DNA of 64,000 nt. Source: Bugula neritina (Eukaryota; Animalia; Bryozoa). Location of the stretch: positions 992,001 through 1,056,000 of the forward strand of contig OZ037766.1 in the NCBI GenBank assembly GCA_964035545.1, written 5' to 3'. A program made the position numbers and the translations under genes. Below, one piece after another: positions 1-13,100 of the stretch. The notes under the pieces were generated by a model that saw nothing but the letters and a program-made list of their open reading frames with translations, was not told the origin of the DNA and searched no databases. Within the stretch, counting starts at the first letter, position 1, and each line of letters opens with the position of its first letter.

Positions 1-430
1 TACTACTACTGTACTAACTACTACTACTGTACTCACTACTACTACTGTACTCACTACTACTACTGTACTAACTACTACTACTGTACTAACTACTACTATT
101 ATACTAACTACTACTATTATATTCACTACTACTATTATACTAACTACTACTACTGTACTAACTACTACTACTGTACTCACTACTACTACTGTACTCACTA
201 CTACTACTGTACTAACTACTACTATTATACTAACTACTACTACTATACTAACTACTACTACTGTACTAACTACTACTATTGTACTAACTACTACTACTGT
301 ACTAACTACTACTATTATACTAACTACTACTATTATACTAACTAATACTATTATATTCACTACTACTACTGTACTAACTACTACTACTGTACTTACTACT
401 ACTACTGTACTCACTACTACTACTGTACTA
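1..430. repeat. ~18-bp minisatellite (TACTACTACTGTACTAAC-like) in an intron of the VAT-1-like gene
   Basis: Directly visible tandem units with variants; ends just before the CAG acceptor at 439-441. Confidence 0.95.
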
Positions 431-441
431 CTTGGTCTCAG

Positions 442-1320
442 GTGTGGATGTGATGTTGGATCCAGTTGGAGGTAAAGAATCCGTCAGATCTCACTCCCTA
501 CTCAAACCTCTTGGGAAACATATTCACTATGGTATGTGTGACGCTATATGCTATTATATTATATCATATTATCATTAGCTAATACTACTATATGTTATTA
601 TAGTATATTGTATTATTGTATAGTATATTGTATTGTAGTTGCTGTAATGTCTAATTATTATTACCAGTTATATTTGTCAAAAACATTTTATCCTCCAGGA
701 GGATCTAGCTACGTGGAGGGGGCGGAGAAGGGGTTCCACACGGTGGTGAAAGTCGTAAAGAATTTCTTCACCTCTGGATCTTACAGTGGGTTTGGTCTGA
801 TGGGTCGTAACGTCATGGTGGGTGGTCTGCATGTGGGCAAGTTGATGCTAGATCCGGCCAATCACGACATTGTCAGACGTTGCATGACTCATCTCATGCA
901 GATGTACAGTGAAGGGAAGATCAAACCTGTAGTGGACACAATCTGGCACTTTGAGCAGGTGGGAGCAGCTTGTCACTTGTCAGCTCATGTCATACAACCT
1001 TGAGGTGTGGCCTGTCATTCTATGAGTCAGTTTTGACTATACTGTGTGGTGTGTGCAGACTATACTCTGTAGTGTGTATCCTGTTCAGTCATCTTCTCTT
1101 GTCTCAAATGTCAATAGCATAACTGTTACACATTATTTGTTGATGTAAGCTCATCACTCATTGGCTAAAGTGTTGTAAGGTTCTAAAATAATTAGGACAC
1201 TCGACAGTTCTTCCTTTACTGTAGATCACTGAGGCCATGGACCAGCTCTACAGCCGCAAGAATGTTGGTAAAGTGTTGCTCAACGCTGAGAAGATGGCTA
1301 CAACAGAGCCTGAGAAGTAG
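442..1320 (+). CDS. VAT1: Synaptic vesicle membrane protein VAT-1-like (MDR/quinone oxidoreductase family), 3' part; exons 442-531, 699-958, 1225-1320
   Basis: Spliced translation GVDVMLDPVGG...LLKPLGKHIHYG-GSSYVEG...VGGLHVGKL...MYSEGKIKPVVDTIWHFEQ-ITEAMDQLYSRKNVGKVLL...* matches the VAT-1/VAT-1L C-terminus. GT-AG junctions have consistent phases (1, 0). Stop TAG at 1318-1320. The 5' part lies outside the window. Confidence 0.88.
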
Positions 1321-1357
1321 AGACTTCCTGTGTTGGTGGGTTTATTATGCTCCAGCT

Positions 1358-1902
1358 TCTACAGTATCTACACTACTTTCTATACTCTACAGTATCTACA
1401 CTACTTTCTATACTCTACAGTATCTACACTACTTTCTATACTCTACAGTATCTACACTACTTTCTATACTCTACAGTATCTACACTACTTTCTATACTCT
1501 ACAGTATCTACACTACTTTCTATACTCTACAGTATCTACACTACTTTCTATACTCTACAGTATCTACACTACTTTCTATACTCTACAGTATCTACACTAC
1601 TTTCTATACTCTACAGTATCTACACTACTTTCTATACTCTACAGTATCTACACTACTTTCTATACTCTACAGTATCTACACTACTTTCTATACTCTACAG
1701 TATCTACACTACTTTCTATACTCTACAGTATCTACACTACTTTCTATACTCTACAGTATCTACACTACTTTCTATACTCTACAGTATCTACACTACTTTC
1801 TATACTCTACAGTATCTACACTACTTTCTATACTCTACAGTATCTACACTACTTTCTATACTCTACAGTATCTACACTACTTTCTATACTCTACAGTATC
1901 TA
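1358..1902. repeat. 28-bp minisatellite (CTACAGTATCTACACTACTTTCTATACT), ~19.5 essentially identical copies, just downstream of the VAT-1 stop codon
   Basis: Direct inspection; it explains the three overlapping repetitive ORFs at 1262-1961. Confidence 0.97.
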
Positions 1903-3497
1903 AGACTGTTCCCACCTTATCAGGGATTTTTGTAATGTTTCAGATTCCAGATTTAGCATGATGCGATGGGAAGCCAGCCTTGTAAGTGTTTTGATATTAT
2001 TTAAATCTCTTTACGTAGTTATTAACTTCTATTTTTTTGTTTATATACTTGGGATAGGGACAATAACTTACATATATATATTTTAATTCTATTTTTAATT
2101 CAACATTTCTTTTTCATCAATTGTAACACAAGGTATTTGGGGTTGTTTTATTCTTATAATTCTTTTAAACATTTTTTATGGACAATTTGTTGTTAGGATG
2201 TTAAGTTTTTACTGAATGGCACTGTTGTTATTGATATTTTTTATTAAAATATAATAAAAATAATTTTATTTCATCAAATTTGTTTGTTTTCTGACACACA
2301 ATCTCACCCAGTTTTGAGCACTACAGATTCAGCTGTTTTTGTTTTCACAGGAAATGAGGTTTTAGTGGCTAACGTAAGGTTAGTCATTCCCAGGTGATAA
2401 TATCACTAAACTTTTGGTTGTAGACTATATCCAATATACAGGTAATCTTACTCATAGTCTGCTCTTGTTTTCTATTATGTATGGCTTGTTTGCATTCCCC
2501 CCCCCCCCCCGTCCCCTGACTGTATACACTCCTGGTCTGTATCATCTAATGCCCCCTAGCAGCATACACTCCTGTAGCACAAGGTCATAGAATGAGATCT
2601 GAACATCCAGTCTCCATATGCTGTGTAGTGTGACACTGGTACATTGGTGCACTTACAGCATATTACTTTGTCTAAGGGACAGTAATACAATAATTGTATC
2701 ACAGTTGAGTGGTAGAATGTGCATGTGACTTACAAACCCCTTTACCATCTACTGTCATGTTATACACTCCTCTCTCTCTGTACTCCTCTCTCTCTATATG
2801 CTGTTTTATATATCTATCTATCTGCTAAAACTCTGTAAATAGTGAAAGTGGATTCACTGCTAATTATTATATAACAACTAATAACTGACAAGCTATAACC
2901 TCTCTGTCTGCCAAGATCTGGACTATCCAACATTTATAAAAGAGCAAAATTAACAGTTGACAAAATAATTGCCTAATTTTATTTGCTGAGAGGTGATGTT
3001 GGTGACAGCAGTTCTTTCTACTGAAATTTTCTTACTTTTAGTTTTATTTCAATTGGTGCAGCAACCTAAAATATGTTGGCTAAATTTGATATTTTTTATA
3101 TATTGAAAAGTGTATATTTAAGTTGAGTTGACTTGAGATATTGATTGGTTGACTTGGTATGACTTGAAAATGTTGACAAAATTGCTGCAAATCTTGGGAG
3201 TATGCAGGAGTCTAAGTACAACATTGGATAATTAAATTTTTATAACTAAGTAGATATTGAGATGATTCATGAAATAATAATTAATGAATGAGTTTGAAAT
3301 GATAATCCTGGTAATACAATAAACGTATTGTATTGTGTAAGAATATTTAACTACTATGAATGTTATCAACGCTTATTTTTCCATTGCCTATAGCTAAATA
3401 TTGGTTTTGAAAATTCAACAGCCAATGTTGAAATTTTTTTCAGTCATGCTATAGGTAACAAATACACTGGCAATTTCTGTAAGTTTTACGTTTTGTT

Positions 3498-3575
3498 TTA
3501 AGAAGATCTTACATAATTTGATGCATTTTTAGTAATTACTAAAAATGCATCAAACTATATAAGATCTCCTTTAAA
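3498..3575. repeat. AT-rich palindrome (perfect 38-bp core at 3517-3554, imperfect extension)
   Basis: TTTGATGCATTTTTAGTAATTACTAAAAATGCATCAAA is its own reverse complement and is flanked by AGATCTTA/TAAGATCT arms. Confidence 0.9.
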
Positions 3576-4105
3576 TTTCAGTTTAAATTTACATAAGTTG
3601 TTCAGTTCATATCTTGAATGGACCTAATTTTTATGAGAATGTTTTTGCATCTTGTCTGAGCCATGATTAAAATTACTGCAACTTTAGCCCAGATGTTGTT
3701 ACTACAAGAGATAGAAGCTTTATCATCTCATAAAAAATAATACAACCTTTCTAATTCAAAAGGCCATTTGCCTACGTCATACCCAAGGGCTATTAGCTCA
3801 GCCTGAATTATTATATTCTCTTCTAAGTGTATTCAAGCTATTGGTAGTGTCGAGTAATTTATTATATTCGATTGCATGTGCTATTGTAGTTGTATTTGCT
3901 GAGAATCTTTTGTGTGTAACCATATGAAGTGTTAGCCCAATAGAGCTAGGCGTGGCATTCAATACTGTGAACATCGCATGGCTTGTATAGTCATGCAGTG
4001 CAAGCTTCATTCATAACTCAAAGCTTTTACTCATTGCATTTCAATTCATGCGGTCTATGAACTGCTGCTGATTTTCTGTGCTTTCGGCAGCCAAGAGGCT
4101 AGAGG

Positions 4106-4180
4106 ATGCAGCAGGAATCTGCTAAGAAGAAACCGGCCATATTCCAAGCCACTAAGGACCCGTGGTACGGGCCTCTGGAG
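4106..4180 (+). CDS. Putative first coding exon ([25 protein letters not shown])
   Basis: ATG follows a CAG acceptor at 4088-4090. Strong GAG|GTAAGA donor in phase 0, matching the next exon. No homology support. Confidence 0.6.
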
Positions 4181-7100
4181 GTAAGACCCACACCTTCTGC
4201 ATATTATGTAACACGACTAGTTTAGCCAGCTTACAGTACAAGTCATCTCTGTCAATGCTTCCATCTGAGTTCTACATGAAGACTTACCATCAAATGATGC
4301 AATGCTGGGATAAGTGCTGACTAGGTATATGCTGTCATAATGTGCTCAATGAGCATGCTCAGTATAGCTTGTCTCAAGGGGCTGCCTTAGGCAGCACAAC
4401 AAATATATATACAGTCCTAGTACACTGTTGATCTCTACTTAACCTGCCAAGTGCTCTGCCTTCTACTCAGTGCTGCAGTTAGTTACTCTAATGACTCCAG
4501 TAAGCTAGAGTTGCATTAACTGACACTCAACATCCTGCTCAAAAGTTTTTAGTTTATGCTGTGAAATTTACTAAAGTCATATTATTTTTAGCTCAGCTTT
4601 TAACTGAAAATCAATTCTAGAACGTAATAAAGTTAATTTAATTTTTCTTTAAATGTTTCTAAAATCTGTAATTTTTTTAGCATCTTTAGAGCAATTTTTT
4701 TAAACAATTAGCTTTTCACTAACTACGGTATCTAGTAGAAATACTATTCAGCTGCTACAAGGGAGAAACTATCAATGTGCTGAGTTGCATGACACTATTG
4801 AACAGTTTTTTCGATTGGAATTTTTTACCATCATGCTGTAAAAGGTATTGCAGTAAAAGAGTGGTACAATCTCTGAGAAGGTTGTATCACATAGTTGGTA
4901 ACCGTATCAGACGTAAATAAGCTTTCTCTTTTGTCTCAGCACCTAAGTTGGAAGTTGCCAACATAATATTAATTTCTCTAACTTTAACTTGTGAACTTTT
5001 CAGATTAGTTACCAGATCAATACCCCATTTTGCTAACTAACATAGACTCACGTTATAACATTATAAACAATGTTGAGATGCCACTGAAACTTCCTCCAGG
5101 CATATACAGAGGTTACCAGTTGTATTCTAGACTTGAAAAATCTTATGTATATAAGTATTTGAGGTTAATATTTTTTGCTGCGAGAAATTAGAAAGTCAGT
5201 AATTATTTTGTCCAAGTTTTCCGACTAAAGAAGTTGAACTTATTAGAAAAGTGAAACACTATATATCTTTTAGTGCCGGTGTTTAGTATAGAATATAGAT
5301 GGTGTATACTGTATAGTATGTATACTGTATAGTATGTATACTGTATAGTATGTATACTGTATATAGTATGTATACTGTATAGTATGTTAAGTCACATTAA
5401 ACAGTTTCAAAATCATTCATTTTTTCCAATAAATTCAACTAAATAAATCAACAGTTTCATTGAATAAGAGTTGAGTAAGCAGTTAGTTTGGCCACGCCCT
5501 TCGTATCATCCACACTGGGAGACCTGATGACTCGCTAACTGTTTCTCCCAACTGTTTACACAAGGGGAGCACTGTTTCTCCCAACTGTTTACACAAGGGG
5601 TGCAATATTTACTCTGTAGGAGTCGAGTAGCACCTCATCCAGTAGGAATGAGAAATCTCGTCGCAGTCTCAAAGCGGGGCCCTACACTACGCCCCAGGAT
5701 GCTGTGTACAGAAGTAGCAAGTACCAGGCTAACTCTGGTGTCCCTGTCAGCTACCCCAGCTGGGGGAACAGAGCAGGGGTCTATGTTATGGAGCCAACCA
5801 CTTCTAAACTCAATCCCAGGTATACTTTCTTCCTGTTGAATGTGTAATTCTTGTACATCACAGTTATGTCTTCTTTATGGCTGGTTACCAAATCTTTATA
5901 CCTTACAGTCTAGAGAAACTATTTCGGTTGGAGACAGACTTCTACTGTGTTTGCTTATAAAGTCGAAATACTTCTCATGGAGGTTTAATAGTTACTGGAC
6001 AGAGCATTAAACACCTCAATATTGTATTACTCTGTTGCAATGTCAGTTGAATGTTAAATTTACTGACTTTATTTCTAATATTACTGACTTGAGGTATTTC
6101 AGTGTTATAAACCTAGACTATTTGTCCATATTTATTATGCCAGAAGCAGCACAGAGTTGGGGGTCACAATATTTGACTCACTATATTTCAGTAACACTTC
6201 ATATCACGCAGATATAGTTACATGACATTTTAAATGCTCATTTCTTCATTGATATAAAATACATATAGGTCCTATTAGCTTTTCTGTGAGCAATGTACAA
6301 TGTTTCCTAGGGCATTGAAGATAACTGAAAGCATCCACAACACTTTGTCATCAGTGTATGACGTCTCAACTTGCAGTGTTATATAATTTACTAAGAATAA
6401 CTTGGCTCATATGACTGAATAATCGAAGAATAAAGTGAAACAATTTGATGCAAGCTGGTATTATAGCTACAATCTCTAAACTGAATTGTCTAGGTGTCTA
6501 GGAGCAGCCAGTGAGTGCAGGCTATAGCGGGTAGACAATTGATCAATTGAAAATGTTTAATTTTCTTTCAAGAAACTAAATTACTCAAATTTTACCAGTT
6601 TCATACTTAGGTTGCTGGTATGTCAAAAGAGTCAGCTAAAAATTATTTTCCATTCATTTACATCTTTCTGGTTTATAAGTTTTTTGTCATGTCCCACTAC
6701 TTTTTAAAAGGCTTGAATTTTATTTTAGTTTGATTTGAAACAATTTCCAAAGAAATTAGATGGTCCTAAGTAAAACTATAATTATTATTACATAGATCGG
6801 CTGCTACGTTAAACCTGGAGTTGTTTGCTCTGTTTACCATTTAATATAAACAGTGGAAGTAATATACCTGTATTAATAACTGTTCAAAAGTTTTCTTTTC
6901 ACTTAAGCAGTTATTGATTGAAAAAATTTCAACCTTTCTTTTGATAGTCTTTGCAGAATAAACTTTCAAGTTTTAAATAAAGGATTCTTCATGTTATCAG
7001 GAAAATATTACAAAGCAAAATTTCCAACTTTACACTGGAGAATTTCCACCTGTCTGAAATATATGGTATTGTTTAGCAAATTTGTAGAGATAAAATGTCA

Positions 7101-10100
7101 CTACGTAAGAGTATAGCATCATGCTGTCTTTTAAAGGTGGTGGTACAGTAAAGCCACGGCAGCTTTTCAACGGAAAAGAGAGACGAATAAACGGGCAATT
7201 GCTGCCTTGGTTGGCGTAGCTTTATTATTGCTGCTTGGAGCTGTCATAGCCACAGCTATCCTAGGTATGCAACTTTCTCCTGGTGTTATCCAAAAATATA
7301 CTGAATGTATTTTAATCTGTTATAAAAACCAGGCTCTAAATTTTTACTGTAAATAAATAGAATATTTTACGATTACTCTTTTTCTATTCCTTGTTTAATG
7401 CTAATGTTCTTTATACCAACACATGGGATATGTGTTTTACAGCTTACAGCTAAGATGTCAGAATGATTTGTTTGTGTTGAGCTGAATGTTTAACAATTTA
7501 TGGTTTCATGTACATGTTTAATTTAAATAATTTTATTTTTTAGTTTTACTACCAAAGACGAAGGATGTGTATGGTAAGAGTGTCGTAATTATACATACAT
7601 ATACATATATACATATACATTATACATATATATCTATAATATATATATTATAGGTTTAGCTGGGTATTATGATATGCTAAGTGTTCAGTATACTTTGACT
7701 TTTCCTATTTGTAAGTGATTATATTTAAACAAGGTCAGATTACTCTAGTGACCATTTGTTCTCAGCTGTTTACTCAGGATTTCTACAAACTGGTTTAGCC
7801 AAGCATTTCAAAACAACCCCCTCTTATGATTTGCATATTGTTTCTCCCTCAGCATCATGTGACCATAGTTTGAGGACCTCCTCCCTGTAGTGTCTGCGCT
7901 TAGAGACATGAACCAGAGCCCCCTGGTGTCAGATTGAATAGTTTCTACTTGCATAACTTTGCTATTGTAAATTGTAAATACAATGACAACAGGAAAGTCA
8001 CCTGTACTTTTCCCTGTCTCTAGTCACAGCTATTCTCTTCACATACACCTACACCTAAGATAGCAGGTTTAACATCTACATAGAGCAAGTGAGATAAAGT
8101 ACGTGGAGTTGCTTTCTTCTTGTAACTTCAACTAATAATATTCTTGACATTCTTTAATTGATCAAATGATGGTTTCACTTAAAAGCAGACATCTCTAAGA
8201 TAGCTTGTAGACCTCTGATCTGGTTTTGAGTCTAATACCACAATGCAACACAAACACACCAATAGCCTAGTTGCAGTTTTCATCTCAATAATGGAGGGTA
8301 GAGGCTGCTACTGTTCAGTATTTCATTTAAAATAAGCCAATCATCTTTCTGCTAGCCTGTCTTTTGGCACTAACTATGTTTTGTGTTATTACTATGAACT
8401 GAAACTGTAGCAACTAACTCCCTGCAGAATAATATATTGTCTATACAAATTTCTATATATCTACTTTTAAGTTTGTATTTCTAAATATTTCCCGTAATGT
8501 AGATGTGGCAGTGAATGGAACTTTAAAACTCATCAATGAGAATTACATTTCATCGTATGCAGACGCTTCGTCTGCCGAGTTCATTTCCTTCCAAAATAAA
8601 TTTTGTGCTGCTGTAAGTATTCTACTTTTAATTATTGTAACTTTCAGCTTCAGTTTGAGTAGTTATTGTAACTTTCAGCTTCAGTTTGAGTAGTTATTGT
8701 AACTTTCAGCTTCAACTTATAATTGGAAGCTGATAACTGTGAAAAGCTGTGGGTAGCTGTGAATAATATCTTGGGCTGGTCAGATTGTGCTTAGTTCCTA
8801 AAAGTAACTTTGTTTTTTAATTTCAATATAATTTTAGCTTCAATTTCATAGTTTCACAGGAAAGACTGGACATGTTGGGGTTTGAAGGCTGATGTGAAAA
8901 ATCAAGCCCCTAGCTGTGTGCTAGGTTTAGTCTTATTGTGCTTCTGCATTCTTTTTATTTTATGTGATTCCTTTTTTGGGTTTTCATGAACTAACCATGT
9001 TATTATATATGCACTATCTAGTGTCACCTTGTTCGATGTGAATGCATACTGTTTATGTTGATTAGATGGGAGCTGTGTATAAAGATGACCAGGAGTTATC
9101 TTCTCTCTACAAAGACTGTGAAGTCACTCAACTCAGGTGACTGGCAATGCTTAATTAACTTGGTCTTTGCTCTTTAGAATTATATTATTAAATGAATTAT
9201 GGTATTATGTTGGTCAATAATTATACATGTACTTACTAACAGAGCATGCTGTTCTACAGTACTTGGTCGTAGAGATGTCGTCATGAAAGCATTTGAGTTG
9301 ATTTCCATTGTAAAGCTGCCATATAGTTGAAACTTGTTTGAGACTATATCAGCTGAAACACTAGTATTATGCTCATTTTTATCAGAATCATATTGACTCA
9401 TACTGACTAACACTGATTTACATTGACTCATACTAATTCATACTGACTATCACTGATTTACATTGACTCATGTTGACTCATACAGGCTCATGTTGACTAA
9501 TATTGCATGACTATTATATCGGGCTGAAATTAGCACCACAGTAGTCAACTTATTATGATTTCCATCTTATGTGTGTTTTGATTTGCTTCTAGTGATGGCA
9601 GTGTGATTGTTGAATTTCTACTCGCCTTTGAGAGAACAGATGGTGATATAGCTGCAGTGGAAATACTAGCTCAAGCCACAGATGTGGTTGTGGCAGCCGT
9701 GGCTGATCAAAGTCTGGGCACCTACATAGTTGATCCTAACAGTCTCACTTTAAATGGTGAGTAGATCAAATGGTGCTCCCAAACTGCCTAAAGCTCACAA
9801 ACTACATAATGTCATTTGATTGTTATTATAGTTTGGCTATCACAATGAGAAGTGAATTTTATCGGTAAATGATATGATTGGTCTGTACTTTAGATTTTGG
9901 GTAAATTGTAAAATATTATGTTTTTTCAAGAAATTATAATTTTAGACTTTCAAGTTCTGAAAAAAAATTTAAATTGCAGGAGATGAAATAAAAGTTCCAG
10001 AAACAACTGAAAGTACACCAACTACTACCACTACTACCACTACTACACCAACTACTGCTACTACTACTACCACTACTACTACACCAACTACTACCACTAC

Positions 10101-13100
10101 ACCAATTACTACTACTACACCAACTACCACTACACCAACTACTACCACTACACCAACTACCATTACACCAACTACCACTACACCAACTACTACTACACCA
10201 ACTACTACCACTACACCAATTACTACTACTACACCAACTACCACTACACCAACTACTACCACTACACCAACTACCATTACACCAACTACCACTACACCAA
10301 CTACTACCACTACACCAACTACTACCACTACACCAACTACTACCACTACACCAACTACCACTACACCAACTACTACCATTACACCAACTACCACCATTAC
10401 ACCAACTACCACCATACCAACTACTACCACTACACCAGAACCTAATACAAGTACACCAACTAGTACTACAACAACTGTAGTTCCAACCACAACAAGTACC
10501 ACCACAGTGCCAACAACCACAGTAGCCACTGAAACTGTAGTTGGTAAGAGACGCGGCTCTGTTGTTCATATCTGTTTTCCAATTCTTAAACAAATAGTAA
10601 TTAGCAGAAGCTATCAATATTTAAGTTTTCAGGAGTTTGGTTTGAGAGATGCATGAAGTTCTGTGATCTTCTGTAGCTGCATACAACTCATCCGCAAGTC
10701 TCAACAAGAACTTCACATCTGATCTGATGAACAGTTCATCTCCAGAATTCCAGAGCGAGGCCGAGATATTCTGCGCTGGTGTGGCTGAATCCTACCAGCA
10801 GTCTAATCTCTCCGATTCCTACCAGGGCTGCAAAGTCACTGGGTTTGAGTATGTGTGTAGTGCAGAGCTCATTAGTGCTCGTACATCTCGTCAGCTCCGC
10901 TAATGTTTGTATAAATTCATGATTTCAAATTGATGTTGACTCAAATGTTGTTTGCTAAGTCAATTTTTTTGAGATTCTGAAGTCCCTCAATTTTGTTATG
11001 TTTGGTAGGCTCAATTTTCAATTGATTTTGCAAGCTTGTTTTCAAAATTAAATTAGCAGCAGCATCGTTTCTGACTTTGTTGAAAATGAATCATTAAAGG
11101 TGAAGGGAGCTTACTTTGCAGTATACAATTTTCCCATTGGAATTGATGATCTCTTTTAGATTATTTTATTTGACATGGTTTATGTAATGTTGCAGGTCCG
11201 GATCGATAATAGTAAACTTCATCATAGTCTTCACGTTTATTGTTGAACGACCTGTGACGGACTCACCTGGTACCACCGGCAGCCCTTCATCGACTGCAGA
11301 GGAGCTCCAAATTAATGTGTTGGCAATTCTTGTGATTCAACTTCCTACCAGAATTGATTCAGTATCTGGGAACAGTGTGTCAGTTTCTGGTAAGTTATAG
11401 TGTGTACTACTGTATAGTGTGTACTACTGCATAGTGTGTACTACTGTATAGTGTGTACTACTGTATAGTGTGTAGTGTATACAGTGTAGTGTGTACTGTG
11501 TAGTGTGTACTGTGTAGTGTATACTACTGTATAGTGTGTATGTATCTGTCAGTATCTATATAAGTGATAAGTGATTACGTATTCTGAATGTTTATGTAGG
11601 CGTATGTGTGTTTAATGCATAAATGTGTTATAAAGCAGTTGACTGTTAATTGAAGTTGGATTTGTCAAGAATAAATTTTTGCTTCAGCTATTCCTGAAGT
11701 AGAAGTAAACGTGGTGCTGCAAGTGATAGGATTTGAATTTCCCACCACACCTGAGGCTACGACCTCGACATCCACAGGCCAGCCTAATGTTACAAGTCCA
11801 GTCACTACAGAGCAGACCACAGGCCAGCCTAATGCTACGAGTCCAGTTACTACAGAGCAGACCACAGGCCAGCCTAATGCTACGAGTCCAGTCACTACAG
11901 AGCAGACCACAGGGCTGCCTAATAATACAAGTCCAGTCACTACAGAGCAGACCACAGGCCAGCCTAATGCTACTAGTTCAGTTACTACAGAGCAGACCAC
12001 AGGTCAGCCTAATGATACAAGTCCAGTCACAACAGAGCAGACCACAGGCCAGCCTAATGCTACAAGTGCAGTCACTACAGAGCAGACCACAGGCCAGCCT
12101 AATGCTACGAGTCCAGTTACTACAGAGCAGACCACAGGCCAGCCTAATGCTACGAGTCCAGTCACTACAGAGCAGACCACAGGGCTGCCTAATAATACAA
12201 GTTCAGTCACTACAGAGCAGACCACAGGTCAGCCTAATGCTACAAGTGCAGTCACTACAGAGCAGACCACAGGCCAGCCTAATGCTACGAGTCCAGCTAC
12301 AACAGAGCCGACCACAACCTTAATTCCCGATATTCCAGATGTTTTACCTCAAAATATTGGTCAGTAGAATAGAATAGACCCTTTTCAGAGGTCCCAAGGT
12401 CTTCCTTACAATTGAGAGTTGTGGTCTCCCAAAATGAAGTTTGTTGTGCAAAATAGGCTTGAACTCATTTTTGTGGTTTTGGTTGCTGAGCAATGCTGAA
12501 GTGCCACTTTAGCATTGCTCAGTAACCAAAACCACACAAATGCTTTCAAGATTATTTCTGTCAAAATTATCCATGAAGAAATATTTTTAATTTTTTTTGA
12601 ACTGATAATGTGTGTGCTTATACCGAAATATCAATCTCCTAAAATAAAGATTCTATAACATAATTAGAATTTTAATCAGCAGCCAAACTTTGAATTTTTA
12701 ATGAGTTTGTTCTTTATACACAGGTTTAACCTATTCCCTTTGGGAGACAACTCTAATTGTAAAGGGGATATGAGGAACTTCTGAAAAGGGTCTAGTGCAT
12801 GTAATTAACTCATCGCAAGCTGCACCATTTGCTACCATTTCTAAACTAATACCTAAAAATAGAGTTTAACTAAATCAGTTTATTAATTATTTACTATGTG
12901 CTATATATTTTTATTGTATTTTGTAATTTTAGTGGTATTGATGATGATTATCACAAGTGGTGCACCTACAGCTTCTGAACTGATTAGCCGAAATACAGCT
13001 CAGATGACTGAAGTCTCCCAGCATATTTGCTCCAACATATCTCCTTACTACAACTCCACAGCTGGCTATGTTGGTTGCAGGCTTGCATTTGCAAGGTTTG

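Noticed and set aside
1262-1961. Three overlapping ~200-aa ORFs (YSTVSTLLSILYSIYTTF...)
   Set aside because: They are artefacts of a stop-free 28-bp minisatellite downstream of the real stop codon.
6991-7116. ATG-initiated short ORF just upstream of the TM exon as the gene start
   Set aside because: It is not in frame with the TM exon (a TAA lies immediately upstream in that frame). The 5620-5819 exon supplies the correct phase.
9934-10617. Minus-strand Val/Gly-rich and Cys/Ser/Trp-rich ORFs
   Set aside because: They are antisense shadows of the + strand Thr/Pro mucin exon, which has proper splice sites.
11665-12323. Alternative-frame and antisense ORFs over the 45-bp repeat
   Set aside because: They are shadows of the in-frame mucin repeat exon.
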